DNA from: a virus | Lineage: Duplodnaviria; Caudoviricetes | DNA length: 64,000 nucleotides | Virus record (IMG/VR): IMGVR_UViG_2848005981_000005 | Coordinates: 994-64,993 of that record | Direction: 5' to 3' (one strand) | Shown here: positions 37,304 through 47,796 of the stretch, one piece after another | Numbering within the stretch: the first letter of the stretch is position 1 | Layout: each line of letters begins with the position of its first letter | Notes under the pieces: model-generated | Databases searched by the model: none | Told to the model about the DNA's origin: nothing | The model's input: only the letters and a program-made list of their open reading frames with translations | Program-made: the position numbers and the translations under genes

Positions 37304-37996
37304 ATGAACATGCAAACAGAGATTATTAAAAGGAACAATTCTTCTTCGTATGAAGTTGATTTGATTGAAGTGAGAGAAGGTAAGGCAGTAACTTCCTCAT
37401 TGGTAGTTGCCGAGTATTTTGGTAAAGCACACAAAGATGTATTGAGAGCTATTAAATCATTGGATTGTAGTGAGTTATTTAACCAGCGCAATTTTGCGCC
37501 CGTTGAATATGTCGATAAAAAAGGTGAAAAAAGACCCATGTACTATTTAACCCGTGATGGGTTCACCTTTTTGGCTATGGGATTCACTGGCAGGGTGGCT
37601 GCACAATTCAAAGAAGCGTATATTAGCGCCTTCAACGAAATGGAAGAAATGCTTCGCAAGAATGATTGCACCAAGTATGCCGAAAAGATATTCAAGTCCG
37701 AACTGAACCGTTTCAATAAACGGTTGAAAGAAACAGCGAAAAGAATGAGAGATGAAAAAGGGTTTGGATATGGTGTTTATGGCGAAATAATGGCAGGTGT
37801 CTTTGACTGTGACAAACTTCCATTTCAAGAAAGATTGCGTAATATCTTCTCCCAAATAGGCAACGCTTATGTAGAGGGTTATTATTTGGCAGGTCACTAT
37901 ATAAATGCTGACAATCAAAACAAGCAGATACGCAAGTTGATTTCTGATTTTGAGGGGAAGCTGGTAGAGGGATTCAGGATATATCCGAGTGTATAA
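37304..37996 (+). CDS. Rha-family phage regulatory protein
   Basis: TSSLVVAEYFGKAHKDVLRAI, LTRDGFTFLAMGFTG. Confidence 0.92.
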   Translation: MNMQTEIIKRNNSSSYEVDLIEVREGKAVTSSLVVAEYFGKAHKDVLRAIKSLDCSELFNQRNFAPVEYVDKKGEKRPMYYLTRDGFTFLAMGFTGRVAAQFKEAYISAFNEMEEMLRKNDCTKYAEKIFKSELNRFNKRLKETAKRMRDEKGFGYGVYGEIMAGVFDCDKLPFQERLRNIFSQIGNAYVEGYYLAGHYINADNQNKQIRKLISDFEGKLVEGFRIYPSV

Positions 37997-38145
37997 ATAA
38001 CACGATTATTCAAAAAGGCAGTCTTCGCACGACTTTAAAGGCTGCCTTATAAATTCCATAGTTATGAACCTCAAAGCAAGACCGCCGCCTTTAAGGCTAT
38101 TCAACGAGAATCTGAGAACATAGTCATTAATTAAAACAGCAAGAA

Positions 38146-38312
38146 ATGAGTAAACGATTTGCTATTGCCGTTTTACCCAAAGAGAAGCAACAGGGGGGGT
38201 AAAGTACGGTTTAAAGATTGAAAAGCCCTCTGCATTGGGCAATGTGTATGGGTTGACCGAAGAAGAACTGAAAGAACTTCGTGGATTGATAGACAATGTA
38301 TTGACTAAATGA
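38146..38312 (+). pseudogene. Small ORF broken at a G7 tract
   Basis: MSKRFAIAVLPKEKQQGG*. One extra G gives ...VKYGLKIEKP...ELRGLIDNVLTK*. Confidence 0.45.
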
Positions 38313-38352
38313 TTATGAAACAGATAAAAATCAGACCACCGCCAAAAACTTT

Positions 38353-38424
38353 ACGACAATGAAACGATTGTCGTGTTATGGTAAAGTGAAAATCTCTCTC
38401 TTACACGATTATATAATAAGTTTG
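38353..38424 (+). promoter_or_regulatory. Late-type promoter (palindrome plus TAAGTTTG)
   Basis: ACGACAAT-N6-ATTGTCGT, with the -7 element at 38417. Confidence 0.7.
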
Positions 38425-38535
38425 CAAACAGAAACAACGCAGCTATCCTCACGGCTGAAAAATATAACCCCGCCATTGGTAAGAAGTGAGGAGCTTGCCT
38501 TTGGTGGGGTCTAATTTTTAAAACTGTGTAAAAGT

Positions 38536-39309
38536 ATGAATAATATTCAGATTTTCCAAAATGAGCAGTTCGGAAAAGTGAGAATTGCGATGAATGAGAG
38601 TGATGAACCTTTGTTTTGCTTGGCAGATGTATGCAATGTTATAGGCATTGCTAACGCAAGAAATGTCCGGTCAAGGCTTGAAGAAGATGATGTCCACCAA
38701 ATGGACACCATAGATTCGTTAGGTAGAAATCAACAAGTTACATTTATAACCGAAAGCGGTTTATATGATGTGATAATTCGCAGTGACAGTGAAAAAGCAA
38801 AGCCGTTTCGCAAATGGGTAACGAGCGAAGTTTTGCCTTCAATCCGCAAACATGGTGCATACATGACGCAAGAGACACTTGAAAAGGCTTTGACCTCACC
38901 CGATTTTCTGATTCAGCTTGCAACCAACTTGAAAGAAGAAAAACAGAAGCGTATCGAAGCCGAACAGAAGATTCAGAAAGATGCACCTAAAGTCCTTTTT
39001 GCCGATGCCGTTTCAACTTCTCAACGTTCTTGCTTGGTTGCTGAATTAGCAAAGATACTGCAACAAAATGGAGTGAATATCGGTCAGAACCGTTTGTTTA
39101 GCTGGATGCGCGAGAATGGTTATCTTTGCCAAAAGGGTGACTACTACAATCAGCCAACGCAGAAAGCTATGAAATTGGGGCTTTTTGAATTGAAGAAAAC
39201 CACCATCACCAAGCCGGACGGCTCTGTATTGGTCACTACTACTACCAAAGTGACTGGTAAGGGGCAAATTTACTTCGTAGAAAAGTTCTTAGGTAAAGAT
39301 GCTGCTTAA
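38536..39309 (+). CDS. BRO-N / KilAC antirepressor
   Basis: FCLADVC, ESGLY, FRKWVTSEVLPSIRKHG, KVTGKGQIYF. Confidence 0.94.
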   Translation: MNNIQIFQNEQFGKVRIAMNESDEPLFCLADVCNVIGIANARNVRSRLEEDDVHQMDTIDSLGRNQQVTFITESGLYDVIIRSDSEKAKPFRKWVTSEVLPSIRKHGAYMTQETLEKALTSPDFLIQLATNLKEEKQKRIEAEQKIQKDAPKVLFADAVSTSQRSCLVAELAKILQQNGVNIGQNRLFSWMRENGYLCQKGDYYNQPTQKAMKLGLFELKKTTITKPDGSVLVTTTTKVTGKGQIYFVEKFLGKDAA

Positions 39310-39352
39310 ATAATAATGCGCACCTCATTAGGTTGGGGTGCGCTGTCTCGTC

Positions 39353-39709
39353 TTATTTTGATTTATTCCAGTATCTGTCAAACAATTCTATTTCATCCCT
39401 ATTGAATATACCAATAGGTGATATTCCTCCAGGTATGATACATTCAAATTTCCCATCATCCGTTATATTGACCACCTTTAATTGACGTTCATTTTTTAAT
39501 TCTACAACCAAATCTTCTATTTTAATATCACTTTCTGATTTATCTTTATCACATATAGGTTTGCTATTCGATTTTTTGATATAATCTTTAACCATAACTT
39601 TAATTTCCGAAATATCATTCGTCATCCCCCATATTTTGAAAAATAGAATGATTTGAAGTATTCCAAACACAATGATGATGATTGATACAATGTTTAATGT
39701 AGTTTCCAT
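39353..39709 (-). CDS. Membrane-anchored hypothetical protein
   Basis: N-terminal TM FGILQIILFFKIWGMTND. Confidence 0.7.
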   Translation of the reverse strand: METTLNIVSIIIIVFGILQIILFFKIWGMTNDISEIKVMVKDYIKKSNSKPICDKDKSESDIKIEDLVVELKNERQLKVVNITDDGKFECIIPGGISPIGIFNRDEIELFDRYWNKSK

Positions 39710-39772
39710 AATGATTAACTTTAATATTGATAAACAAAAATATCTCAAAAATCAATCATTCCCAATTATTTC

Positions 39773-39844
39773 ACGACAATTATTCCGTTGTCGCATATTA
39801 AATATTTGAAATATTGCTGGATAACTTGTGTTTGTCGAACTTAG
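39773..39844 (+). promoter_or_regulatory. Late-type promoter (palindrome plus degenerate -7)
   Basis: ACGACAA-N8-TTGTCGC, with GAACTTAG at 39837. Confidence 0.6.
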
Positions 39845-39859
39845 CACAAATGAAAAATA

Positions 39860-40255
39860 ATGGAGTTTAGAGGAGATACATCAGGATTAGATGAATTGCT
39901 TGAAAGTGTAGATGATAAGTATTATAATACTCTTTCTCAAATAGGGAGAGACGCCACCCGAAATGCAAAGATTAACAAGACTTATGAAAATAGGACTGGT
40001 AACTTGAATAATGCAAATGGGGGGTGTGTTGTCCGTAATGGGAAAATAGTAGATATGTGGGTGGAATCAGACGGTTCTCATTCCGAAGCGGTAAGAAATA
40101 CAGAGAATCTTCTGATTTATTCCGAAAAATCAAAGGATGGGCTTTATTTGGCTAACGGTCAGCCTTATGCAAGCTATGTCGAAAGTAAAGGATTTGAAGT
40201 TATTATGACTAATGGCATCTTGTATGCAGGTAGGCAAATAGAAAAAAAACTATAA
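39860..40255 (+). CDS. Second HK97 gp10-like protein
   Basis: YENRTGNL, YASYVESKGFEV; resembles 33104-33403. Confidence 0.65.
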   Translation: MEFRGDTSGLDELLESVDDKYYNTLSQIGRDATRNAKINKTYENRTGNLNNANGGCVVRNGKIVDMWVESDGSHSEAVRNTENLLIYSEKSKDGLYLANGQPYASYVESKGFEVIMTNGILYAGRQIEKKL

Positions 40256-40256
40256 T

Positions 40257-43200
40257 ATGGCAGGAATTATATCAAATGTAGACGATGACGTTCAGAAGTT
40301 GCGTAAACTAAAGAACGAGATAGAGAATGTAAAGAAAGCATTGATGGGTATTAATATCACAGTGGATATTGATATTGCAAAGGGATTGCAATCGCAGCTT
40401 ACCTCTTTGATTGGGCAATATGATGCGTTGGTGGATAAAATTGCGGCAACGGAAGGGAAAATAATGCTTTCGGTCAGTCGAATCAATAAAGCTACTGAAA
40501 AGATTGTTCAAGCGCAGGAGAAAGTATCTAAAGTCGTTAATGCTCCTGCACAGATAGGTGATGCAAATACACAGACTAATACGGCTGAAACAGCAAGCAT
40601 TCAAGCACAAGCAAAGGCTTATGATGATTTGAAAACCAAGATTAACGATATTCTTGGAACAAGGGATGCCAATATCAAACGAATGGTAGAGGAAATGAAT
40701 GCTATCCGTCTGATTAATGCTGAAATTAAGAAAATCAATAAATCACAAGGGGAATCATCTTCTTTATCTTCTGCCCAACAAAAGCGGCTTGAACAGTTAA
40801 ACAATTCATTATTGACACATAAAACCGCTTTGTCGGAGGTGAGACAAGCGTTGAATAATAATGCCAAACTTGATAATGTAGCCGCCACTTCCATGAACGG
40901 GTTATCCCAGTCTTTATCAAGAATGAGAATAGCCTATCGCGAATTGACAGAAGAAGAGCGCAATTCTCCTTTTGGTAAAGAATTGCTTGCGTCTATTCAA
41001 CAAGCGGATACAAAAATAAAGGAACTTGATGCCACTATTGGCAATCATCAACGTAATGTAGGTAATTATGGTAAGCAGTGGAATGGGCTTAGTATGTCTA
41101 TTCAGCAAGTAGGACGCGAACTTCCTTCTTTGGCTTACGGTCCAAAAGTCTTTTTCTCTGCTATATCGAATAATATTCCAATTTTAGCAGATGAAATTAA
41201 ACGGGCGAGAACTGAATATAAACTATTGAAGGAGTCGGGGCAGGCGGCTACTCCGGTGTGGAAACAGGTTGTATCCTCTTTGTTTAGCTGGCAGTCTGTA
41301 TTGACCGTTGGAATTACACTGCTTACTTTATACGGTGATAAAGTAGTGGATTGGGTTGCTGGTTTATTTAAAGCTAAGGATGCCTTACAAGACGTAGCCT
41401 CTTATCAACAGAATCTTAGTAAGATTATGTCTGACAGTGTTAAAGATTCAGTGAGGGAGCGTGTGGAACTCGACACTTTATACAAAGCGACACAGAACCA
41501 TACGAAATCACTGAAAGAAAGGAACGCGGCTGCTGATGAGCTGAAAAAGAAATATCCTTCATATTTCAGCAATCTGACAAACGAGGCTATTCTTGCAGGT
41601 AATGCTGCTTCCGCATACAAGAATCTAACGGATAATATACTAAAAGCGTCGCAGGCAAGGGCTGCGATGAAAATTATAGAAGAAAATTACAATAAAATAT
41701 ACCAGTTACAGAAAGCCATAAACGCAGATACTAATTGGACTAATAGGAATAGGGAAAGTACAAAAGGGGGAACGGCAACTACAACCGTAGTTGTTGGTTC
41801 GTCAGTAACCGGGTATACACAAAGCGGTCAGGTTTTGACTAAGGAGGCTGCTGAATACAATCGAAGAACAGACGCTCTGAGAAAGAATAAAGAAGCCGTT
41901 GAACTATTGAATAAGGCCAATGAGGAATTGGCTAAGTCAATAGATATTGTGGCATTGACGGAAGACATTACTGGTAATGAACAAGAAACAGAAGCCGAAA
42001 AGCTCCGCAAGCAAACAGACAAATACAATGCCCTCCTTGATAAGCAATCATTAGAACAGCAACGTTCTGCCGAAGATTTGCAGATGGAAGTTGATGAAGC
42101 CCGAATCAAAGCTATGGATGAAGGTTCTGCCAAGACTATCGCTGAAATGGAACTCAACTTTGAAAAGGAGATGCAGGCTATTGACCGACAAAAAGAAGAT
42201 GCTTTGCGGAAGAAAGTTGAGGATGCTCGCGCTGCATGGGAAGCTAATCCGAAGAATAAAGGCAAGTCTTTTAATGCCACCGATATAAAGCTGTCTGATG
42301 ATGAGCAAAACTATTATGATGAACTATACAAGACAGCCATTATCAGTAATGAAAAGATATATAAGGATTTGGCAGAGCGCTATTTGTCTTATGCCGATGA
42401 ACGTCTTGCCATTGAAAAGAAATTTAATGATGATATTTCAATATTACAGGAAGCCCGTAAGAAAGCGGAAACCAAAGGTGATGCTAGTGAAATAGCCCAA
42501 ATAGACCGAAGCATTGAGAAGCGTACAGAAATCAAGAATGAAGATATATTCAAACTTGATGCTGAACAATTCAAGAAAAATATGAATTGGGAACAAGTCT
42601 TTGGTAATCTTGACAAGGTTTCTACTGATACTTTGAAAAAGTTGAAAGCGAACCTTAAAGACTTTATATCATCTCAAAAGGATTTATCTCCTGAAAGCCT
42701 TAAAGAACTGGTAGATGCTATTGAACGGATTGATGATAAGGTTTCAGAACGTGATCCTTTTGAAACTATGTCTATTTCTTTCAAATCCCTCAAAGAAGTC
42801 ACGGATGCACAGCGTGAAGCACAGAAAGCGTATAACAAAGCTTTGGAAGAAGGTACTGATGAAGAAAAGAAGAATGCCAAAGCCACCCTTGAAAGTGCAA
42901 AGAACAGCAAGCAGAAAGCCCTATATGAAGCCACGGATGCTTTACATAAAGGAATTAATGAGATAGGGCAATATGTCGATGCCGGTAATCAAGTTATCGG
43001 TATCATGGAAACGCTTGGTATAAAAACACCTGAATGGATGGAAGGAACAATGTCCGGTTTTGGTGAGATGCTGAACGGACTTGGAAATATCGACTTGATG
43101 AAGCCTATGTCTATCATCACCGGTAGTCTACAAACCGTTAAAGGGGCTTTGACTTCTGTTATTTCTTTGGGAGGGTTAATACCGGGTTTGGGTGGTGCCG

Positions 43201-44354
43201 ATTATTCCCACTATAATGAGATGGTCGAGGAATATAACAAACTCAATGAGATATGGGATGAGCTGATAGACAAGAAGCTGGAGTACATCAACACATCTTA
43301 CGGAGCAGAAGCGGACAAGGTAGGCAAAGAGGCTCTTGAACTTGTCAACAAGAGCATTGAGGCGTACAGAATACTTGGGCGTGAACGATTAAACTCCGGT
43401 GCGTCTGCCGGTTCTCATTCCATTGGCAAGCGCATGGCAAAGAACACCTCGTCAAGCGACTGGCAGGACATCGCCAGAGCGCTCGATATGTCTGTCAAAG
43501 ACGCCAAGGATTTTATAGGTACCGGACGCATGACGGGATTGTTTGACCTAACTACTGAACAGTTGGAGAAACTAAAGTCAGAAGCGCCTACTTTTTGGGC
43601 TAAATTAGATGGCGATGTGAGAGATTATCTTGATAAGATTATCGAGGGAGAGGAACGTATTGAGGAAATCCATAATCAGATAAACGAGCAGCTTACACAA
43701 ACCACATTCGATGGTGTGTACAGTAATTTCATAGATACCCTTATGAATATGAAGGCATCGTCTAAAGATGCTGCCGAAGACATTTCGGAATACTTCATGC
43801 AAGCTATGCTCTCCGAGCAGATAGGCACACTTTATCAGGACAAGCTAAAGAAGTGGTATGAGAAGTTTGCAAAGGGTATGGAGGATGGTTCTTTGACGGA
43901 ATCCGAAAGAAATGCGTTGAACAACGAGTATATGGGCTACATTGAAGAAGCGATGAAGCTCCGTGACGAGCTTGCCGCAGCCACCGGATATGACAAGATT
44001 TCGCAAGAATCAACATCCCAGTCTTCAGCTTCCAGAGGGTTCGGTACTGAAATGACACATGAAGATGCAGGAGAATTAAGCGGTAGGTTTACTGCTCTGC
44101 AGATAGCAGGAGAAGAGATAAAGAATCAAAATATCATTCAATCTCAATCGCTTAATTTACTAACAGTAAAAGCTGATGCTCTACTTTCCATAAATACGGA
44201 AACAAGGAATATCGCTGATGATACGCGAGATTTGATAGCACAATCTTATCTTGAATTGGTACAGATTACGGAAAATACAGGAGCTATTGTAAAACCAATC
44301 ATTCAAATTCAGAAAGATATGGCAGAAGTGAAAAACAATACATCTAAATTATAA
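40257..44354 (+). CDS. Tape measure protein
   Basis: 1365 aa, helical/coiled-coil, QRNVGNY motif, expected position. Confidence 0.92.
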   Translation: MAGIISNVDDDVQKLRKLKNEIENVKKALMGINITVDIDIAKGLQSQLTSLIGQYDALVDKIAATEGKIMLSVSRINKATEKIVQAQEKVSKVVNAPAQIGDANTQTNTAETASIQAQAKAYDDLKTKINDILGTRDANIKRMVEEMNAIRLINAEIKKINKSQGESSSLSSAQQKRLEQLNNSLLTHKTALSEVRQALNNNAKLDNVAATSMNGLSQSLSRMRIAYRELTEEERNSPFGKELLASIQQADTKIKELDATIGNHQRNVGNYGKQWNGLSMSIQQVGRELPSLAYGPKVFFSAISNNIPILADEIKRARTEYKLLKESGQAATPVWKQVVSSLFSWQSVLTVGITLLTLYGDKVVDWVAGLFKAKDALQDVASYQQNLSKIMSDSVKDSVRERVELDTLYKATQNHTKSLKERNAAADELKKKYPSYFSNLTNEAILAGNAASAYKNLTDNILKASQARAAMKIIEENYNKIYQLQKAINADTNWTNRNRESTKGGTATTTVVVGSSVTGYTQSGQVLTKEAAEYNRRTDALRKNKEAVELLNKANEELAKSIDIVALTEDITGNEQETEAEKLRKQTDKYNALLDKQSLEQQRSAEDLQMEVDEARIKAMDEGSAKTIAEMELNFEKEMQAIDRQKEDALRKKVEDARAAWEANPKNKGKSFNATDIKLSDDEQNYYDELYKTAIISNEKIYKDLAERYLSYADERLAIEKKFNDDISILQEARKKAETKGDASEIAQIDRSIEKRTEIKNEDIFKLDAEQFKKNMNWEQVFGNLDKVSTDTLKKLKANLKDFISSQKDLSPESLKELVDAIERIDDKVSERDPFETMSISFKSLKEVTDAQREAQKAYNKALEEGTDEEKKNAKATLESAKNSKQKALYEATDALHKGINEIGQYVDAGNQVIGIMETLGIKTPEWMEGTMSGFGEMLNGLGNIDLMKPMSIITGSLQTVKGALTSVISLGGLIPGLGGADYSHYNEMVEEYNKLNEIWDELIDKKLEYINTSYGAEADKVGKEALELVNKSIEAYRILGRERLNSGASAGSHSIGKRMAKNTSSSDWQDIARALDMSVKDAKDFIGTGRMTGLFDLTTEQLEKLKSEAPTFWAKLDGDVRDYLDKIIEGEERIEEIHNQINEQLTQTTFDGVYSNFIDTLMNMKASSKDAAEDISEYFMQAMLSEQIGTLYQDKLKKWYEKFAKGMEDGSLTESERNALNNEYMGYIEEAMKLRDELAAATGYDKISQESTSQSSASRGFGTEMTHEDAGELSGRFTALQIAGEEIKNQNIIQSQSLNLLTVKADALLSINTETRNIADDTRDLIAQSYLELVQITENTGAIVKPIIQIQKDMAEVKNNTSKL

Positions 44355-44357
44355 ACT

Positions 44358-44774
44358 ATGTCAGATTTATTGATAAATACCCAAGACGCCTACACAACAT
44401 GGGGGGTAAGAATGGGAGAGGGCTTTCTTGATGTACTTGGTGCATCATCACCCATGAAAGAATTTATAGAGAATAAGTCCCGGTTAGAACATGGAAAACG
44501 TGTGATAATCAATAATCCTAAAGTCGATGAGAGGGAAATAACACTTTCTTTTACAATTGAAGGAAACTCCCAGTCCGATTATCAATCAAAGAAAAAAGCT
44601 TTCTTCGATGAGCTTTATAAAGGCAAGATTGATATTCAAGTCCCGGCTAATAGTAGCGAGATTTATCATCTTATTTATACTGGCAAGAGTGTCACTTACG
44701 CACAGAGTTTAGACCGAACTTTCGGAAAAATTTCAGCCAAGTTCAACGAACCGAATCCGGCAAACAGAAATTAA
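44358..44774 (+). CDS. Distal tail protein-like
   Basis: Position after the tape measure gene. Confidence 0.7.
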   Translation: MSDLLINTQDAYTTWGVRMGEGFLDVLGASSPMKEFIENKSRLEHGKRVIINNPKVDEREITLSFTIEGNSQSDYQSKKKAFFDELYKGKIDIQVPANSSEIYHLIYTGKSVTYAQSLDRTFGKISAKFNEPNPANRN

Positions 44775-44778
44775 ATTC

Positions 44779-44849
44779 CAACAATAGAGAGATTGTTGCG
44801 TATATGAGTGCTCAAAATTGGGCACTCTTTTTTTTATCTCCGAACTTTG
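44779..44849 (+). promoter_or_regulatory. Late-type promoter (palindrome plus GAACTTTG)
   Basis: CAACAAT-N6-ATTGTTG, with a -7-like element at 44842. Confidence 0.65.
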
Positions 44850-44854
44850 AAGAC

Positions 44855-47794
44855 GTGGAACAAATCGACATCAAAGACATATCCGGTGCTATCCTGCTTA
44901 CTACCCTTCCCAATGAAGGCTGCAAGCGTAAGTCTACTCTTATGAAGGAGGACTACATCACGTTAAAGTTCTCCTTGGAGAGTCCTATATTCTTCAAACT
45001 TGGTTCATACGTGGAGTGCGACTTCGGGCTGTTCGAGGTGTGCGACTTGCAGAAGCCGGTATTCAACACCGATAACGCAGGCTACGACTATGAGTTGCAG
45101 CTTGACGCCCACTACTGGAAATGGAAAAACAAAATCTTTAAATATACCCCCGAAGTGGCCGGGCAGGAAGCGTCCTGGAATCTCACCGCTTCACTTGATG
45201 TTCAAGCCGGTATAGTCCTTAGAAATTTAAAAGCTCTTGGTTACAAATACAAAGGACAAGATTTTGTTTTCTCCATTGACAGCACTGTAGAGAATAAGGC
45301 GCTACTGATGACTTATGACAACATCAACATCCTTGACGCCTGCTTCTCTATGGCAAAGAAATGGGATTGCGAATGCTGGGTGACTGAAAACATCATCCAT
45401 TTCGGACGTTGTGAGTCTGGCGATGCGGTGGATTTCGAGATTGGGAAAAACGTGCAGGAAATGCCACGATCAGAATCCCGGTCCACCTACGCCACCCGTA
45501 TCTATGCTTTCGGCTCAACAAAGAATATCCCATCTGACTACCGCCCCGTTGATGAGACTGTAGTACTGAACGGCGTGGTGCAAAAACGCTTAATGTTGCC
45601 CGAAGGAACTCCGTACATAGACGCTTATCCTGGTATGACCATCGAGGAAGCCATCGAACAAGTGGTTATCTTCGATGAGATCTATCCCCGAAGGGGCGGC
45701 ACGATGTCGGACATTACCACCAAGGAATACACTGACAAAATAGAAAATGCCGACGGGACTACCACTGAAAAGAAGTGGAATGCCTACCGTTTCAAGGATA
45801 CTGGCATTACCTTCTCAAAGGACTATATCCTTCCCGGTAATGAATTGAAAATCACTTTCCAATCCGGCAAGTTGAATGGTATGGAATTCGCTGTGACATT
45901 CGACCCTGAGGGAAAGCCGGAGAAACTGGAGAACGGTAGCTGGAACCCTGAGGCACAGCTTTGGGAGATAGTCAGGAATGAGGACTACGGCAGACCGCTT
46001 CCGGATGGAGTGCTTATCCCCGAAAATGGTGATACTTACATCTTATCGGGCTGGAATCCCATGAAGATAGCTGAAATGGGACTGGTAGCAGAAGCACAGT
46101 TGGAGTTAAAGGACAAAGCCGATAAGTACGTTGCCAAATCAAAGATAGACCCTTCTACATATAACTGTAAGATGATGTCGGATGTCGCATATAGTGAGGA
46201 CGGCATTCACAACCTCTACAGCATCGGTCAAAAGGTCAACCTTATCAACAAGGCCTATTTCGAGAACGGAAGGCAGTCAAGGATTATCGGATTTGAATTC
46301 AATCTTGACCTGCCTTATGATTCCCCTATATATACTGTCGGGGAAACCGCTGCCTATTCCCGTATTGGGGAGCTGGAGGAGAAGGTTGAGAGCCTTACTC
46401 TGAAGGGACAGACCTATACTGGCAGTGGTAGTAGTGGTGTGTATGTGATAAGAAGGAATGACTCTACACCGGCCACGGATAATAACGTGTTTTCGGCATT
46501 GCGTTCCTTGGCTATGTTCCTTCGCAAAGACCAGTCTGACGGCACAAATTTTCTGTTGAAGTTCGGCGAGTTTATCGACTCGATGGTCGCGGGCAAGGGT
46601 GCCGGAATATTCCCTGACGGCCGTATGCAGCTGTCCCGCCTCGAGGTCCGCGACAGCCTTACCGTCCTTGAGCTTATCTTCAACCGTCTCTCCGCCATGG
46701 AAAGCGACTATTCATTCTCCGAGTCCGGTACCATCGAAAGTGTATCGCAGCTTGAAGACGGCACATACAGCCTGAAGATGAAGAAACGGTGGGATAACGA
46801 CTTTACTGCACTGGCAGAAAACGATGTTGTATATGGTGTTGTCAATGACCTTGCATCAGGTGGCGGCAAGTATTATACCTCCTGGCTACGTGTCTTGCAT
46901 GTTGACATCTCAGCCAATACGATCAACGCTGTGATGTACCCTGATAGCGAGGTGCCGGGTGGCAAGAATTATCCTCCTGAGCCGTTGATGATATTATCAC
47001 ACCGTGGCAACCCGGTTGATACTGAACGGCAGGGTTATTGGTATCTGTCATCCCGTGAGCATTGTATCTGCATGCTTAACGGGGTCACAAAACCCGTCCT
47101 TGAGGAAAGCAACTATTCGGTGATCGTCGGCAGGCTGAAGCATCTGTCTCTGTTCGACAACCTGCCCATCAACTACCTGCACTCTTATATCTACGTTCGG
47201 GGATTGGTAGCGCAGGACATCCACCGCATCGACTTCCAAGGCGTATTGCCCCGCATCGCCAACGACCGTGGCGAGTGGAGCATGGAGACCGCCACGGGAG
47301 CAGAACCCTACCAAGCCGACCGCGAGGCACAGACCGAGACTGTACGTGTGATGATGTACGATACCGTGTGGCACTACGGATGCAAGTGGATGTGTCTTGT
47401 TTCCGGCACTACCGACGAACCCCAATACGGTTCCGCATCCTGGGCAATGATCGAGGGCAATCCGGATTTCAGCATCGATATAGAAAGCTCCAATGGCTGG
47501 TACTTCGATGCGGAGCGTTTTGCGACCACCCTCACCATTACCGGTGAGCTGTACAACCGTGACGTGACGGCGCATATCCTTGACAGTGATGTGGAGTGGA
47601 CGCGCGACACGGGCAACGTCACCGAGGACAACGCCTGGGCGGTCGCACACGCGGAAACCGGCAAGTCGCTGCCGCTGACGGTCAACGACCTCGGTCCCAA
47701 CTATATGAACATGACCGGGTGCAAGTTTATCGCAAGGGTGCTGCTGCGTGACGGGCAGAATAATTATGAGACAATGAATTATATAACTTTCTAA
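44855..47794 (+). CDS. Baseplate hub / tail tip protein
   Basis: About 980 aa after Dit; TRIYAFGSTKN. GTG start inferred. Confidence 0.78.
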   Translation: MEQIDIKDISGAILLTTLPNEGCKRKSTLMKEDYITLKFSLESPIFFKLGSYVECDFGLFEVCDLQKPVFNTDNAGYDYELQLDAHYWKWKNKIFKYTPEVAGQEASWNLTASLDVQAGIVLRNLKALGYKYKGQDFVFSIDSTVENKALLMTYDNINILDACFSMAKKWDCECWVTENIIHFGRCESGDAVDFEIGKNVQEMPRSESRSTYATRIYAFGSTKNIPSDYRPVDETVVLNGVVQKRLMLPEGTPYIDAYPGMTIEEAIEQVVIFDEIYPRRGGTMSDITTKEYTDKIENADGTTTEKKWNAYRFKDTGITFSKDYILPGNELKITFQSGKLNGMEFAVTFDPEGKPEKLENGSWNPEAQLWEIVRNEDYGRPLPDGVLIPENGDTYILSGWNPMKIAEMGLVAEAQLELKDKADKYVAKSKIDPSTYNCKMMSDVAYSEDGIHNLYSIGQKVNLINKAYFENGRQSRIIGFEFNLDLPYDSPIYTVGETAAYSRIGELEEKVESLTLKGQTYTGSGSSGVYVIRRNDSTPATDNNVFSALRSLAMFLRKDQSDGTNFLLKFGEFIDSMVAGKGAGIFPDGRMQLSRLEVRDSLTVLELIFNRLSAMESDYSFSESGTIESVSQLEDGTYSLKMKKRWDNDFTALAENDVVYGVVNDLASGGGKYYTSWLRVLHVDISANTINAVMYPDSEVPGGKNYPPEPLMILSHRGNPVDTERQGYWYLSSREHCICMLNGVTKPVLEESNYSVIVGRLKHLSLFDNLPINYLHSYIYVRGLVAQDIHRIDFQGVLPRIANDRGEWSMETATGAEPYQADREAQTETVRVMMYDTVWHYGCKWMCLVSGTTDEPQYGSASWAMIEGNPDFSIDIESSNGWYFDAERFATTLTITGELYNRDVTAHILDSDVEWTRDTGNVTEDNAWAVAHAETGKSLPLTVNDLGPNYMNMTGCKFIARVLLRDGQNNYETMNYITF

Positions 47795-47796
47795 TT

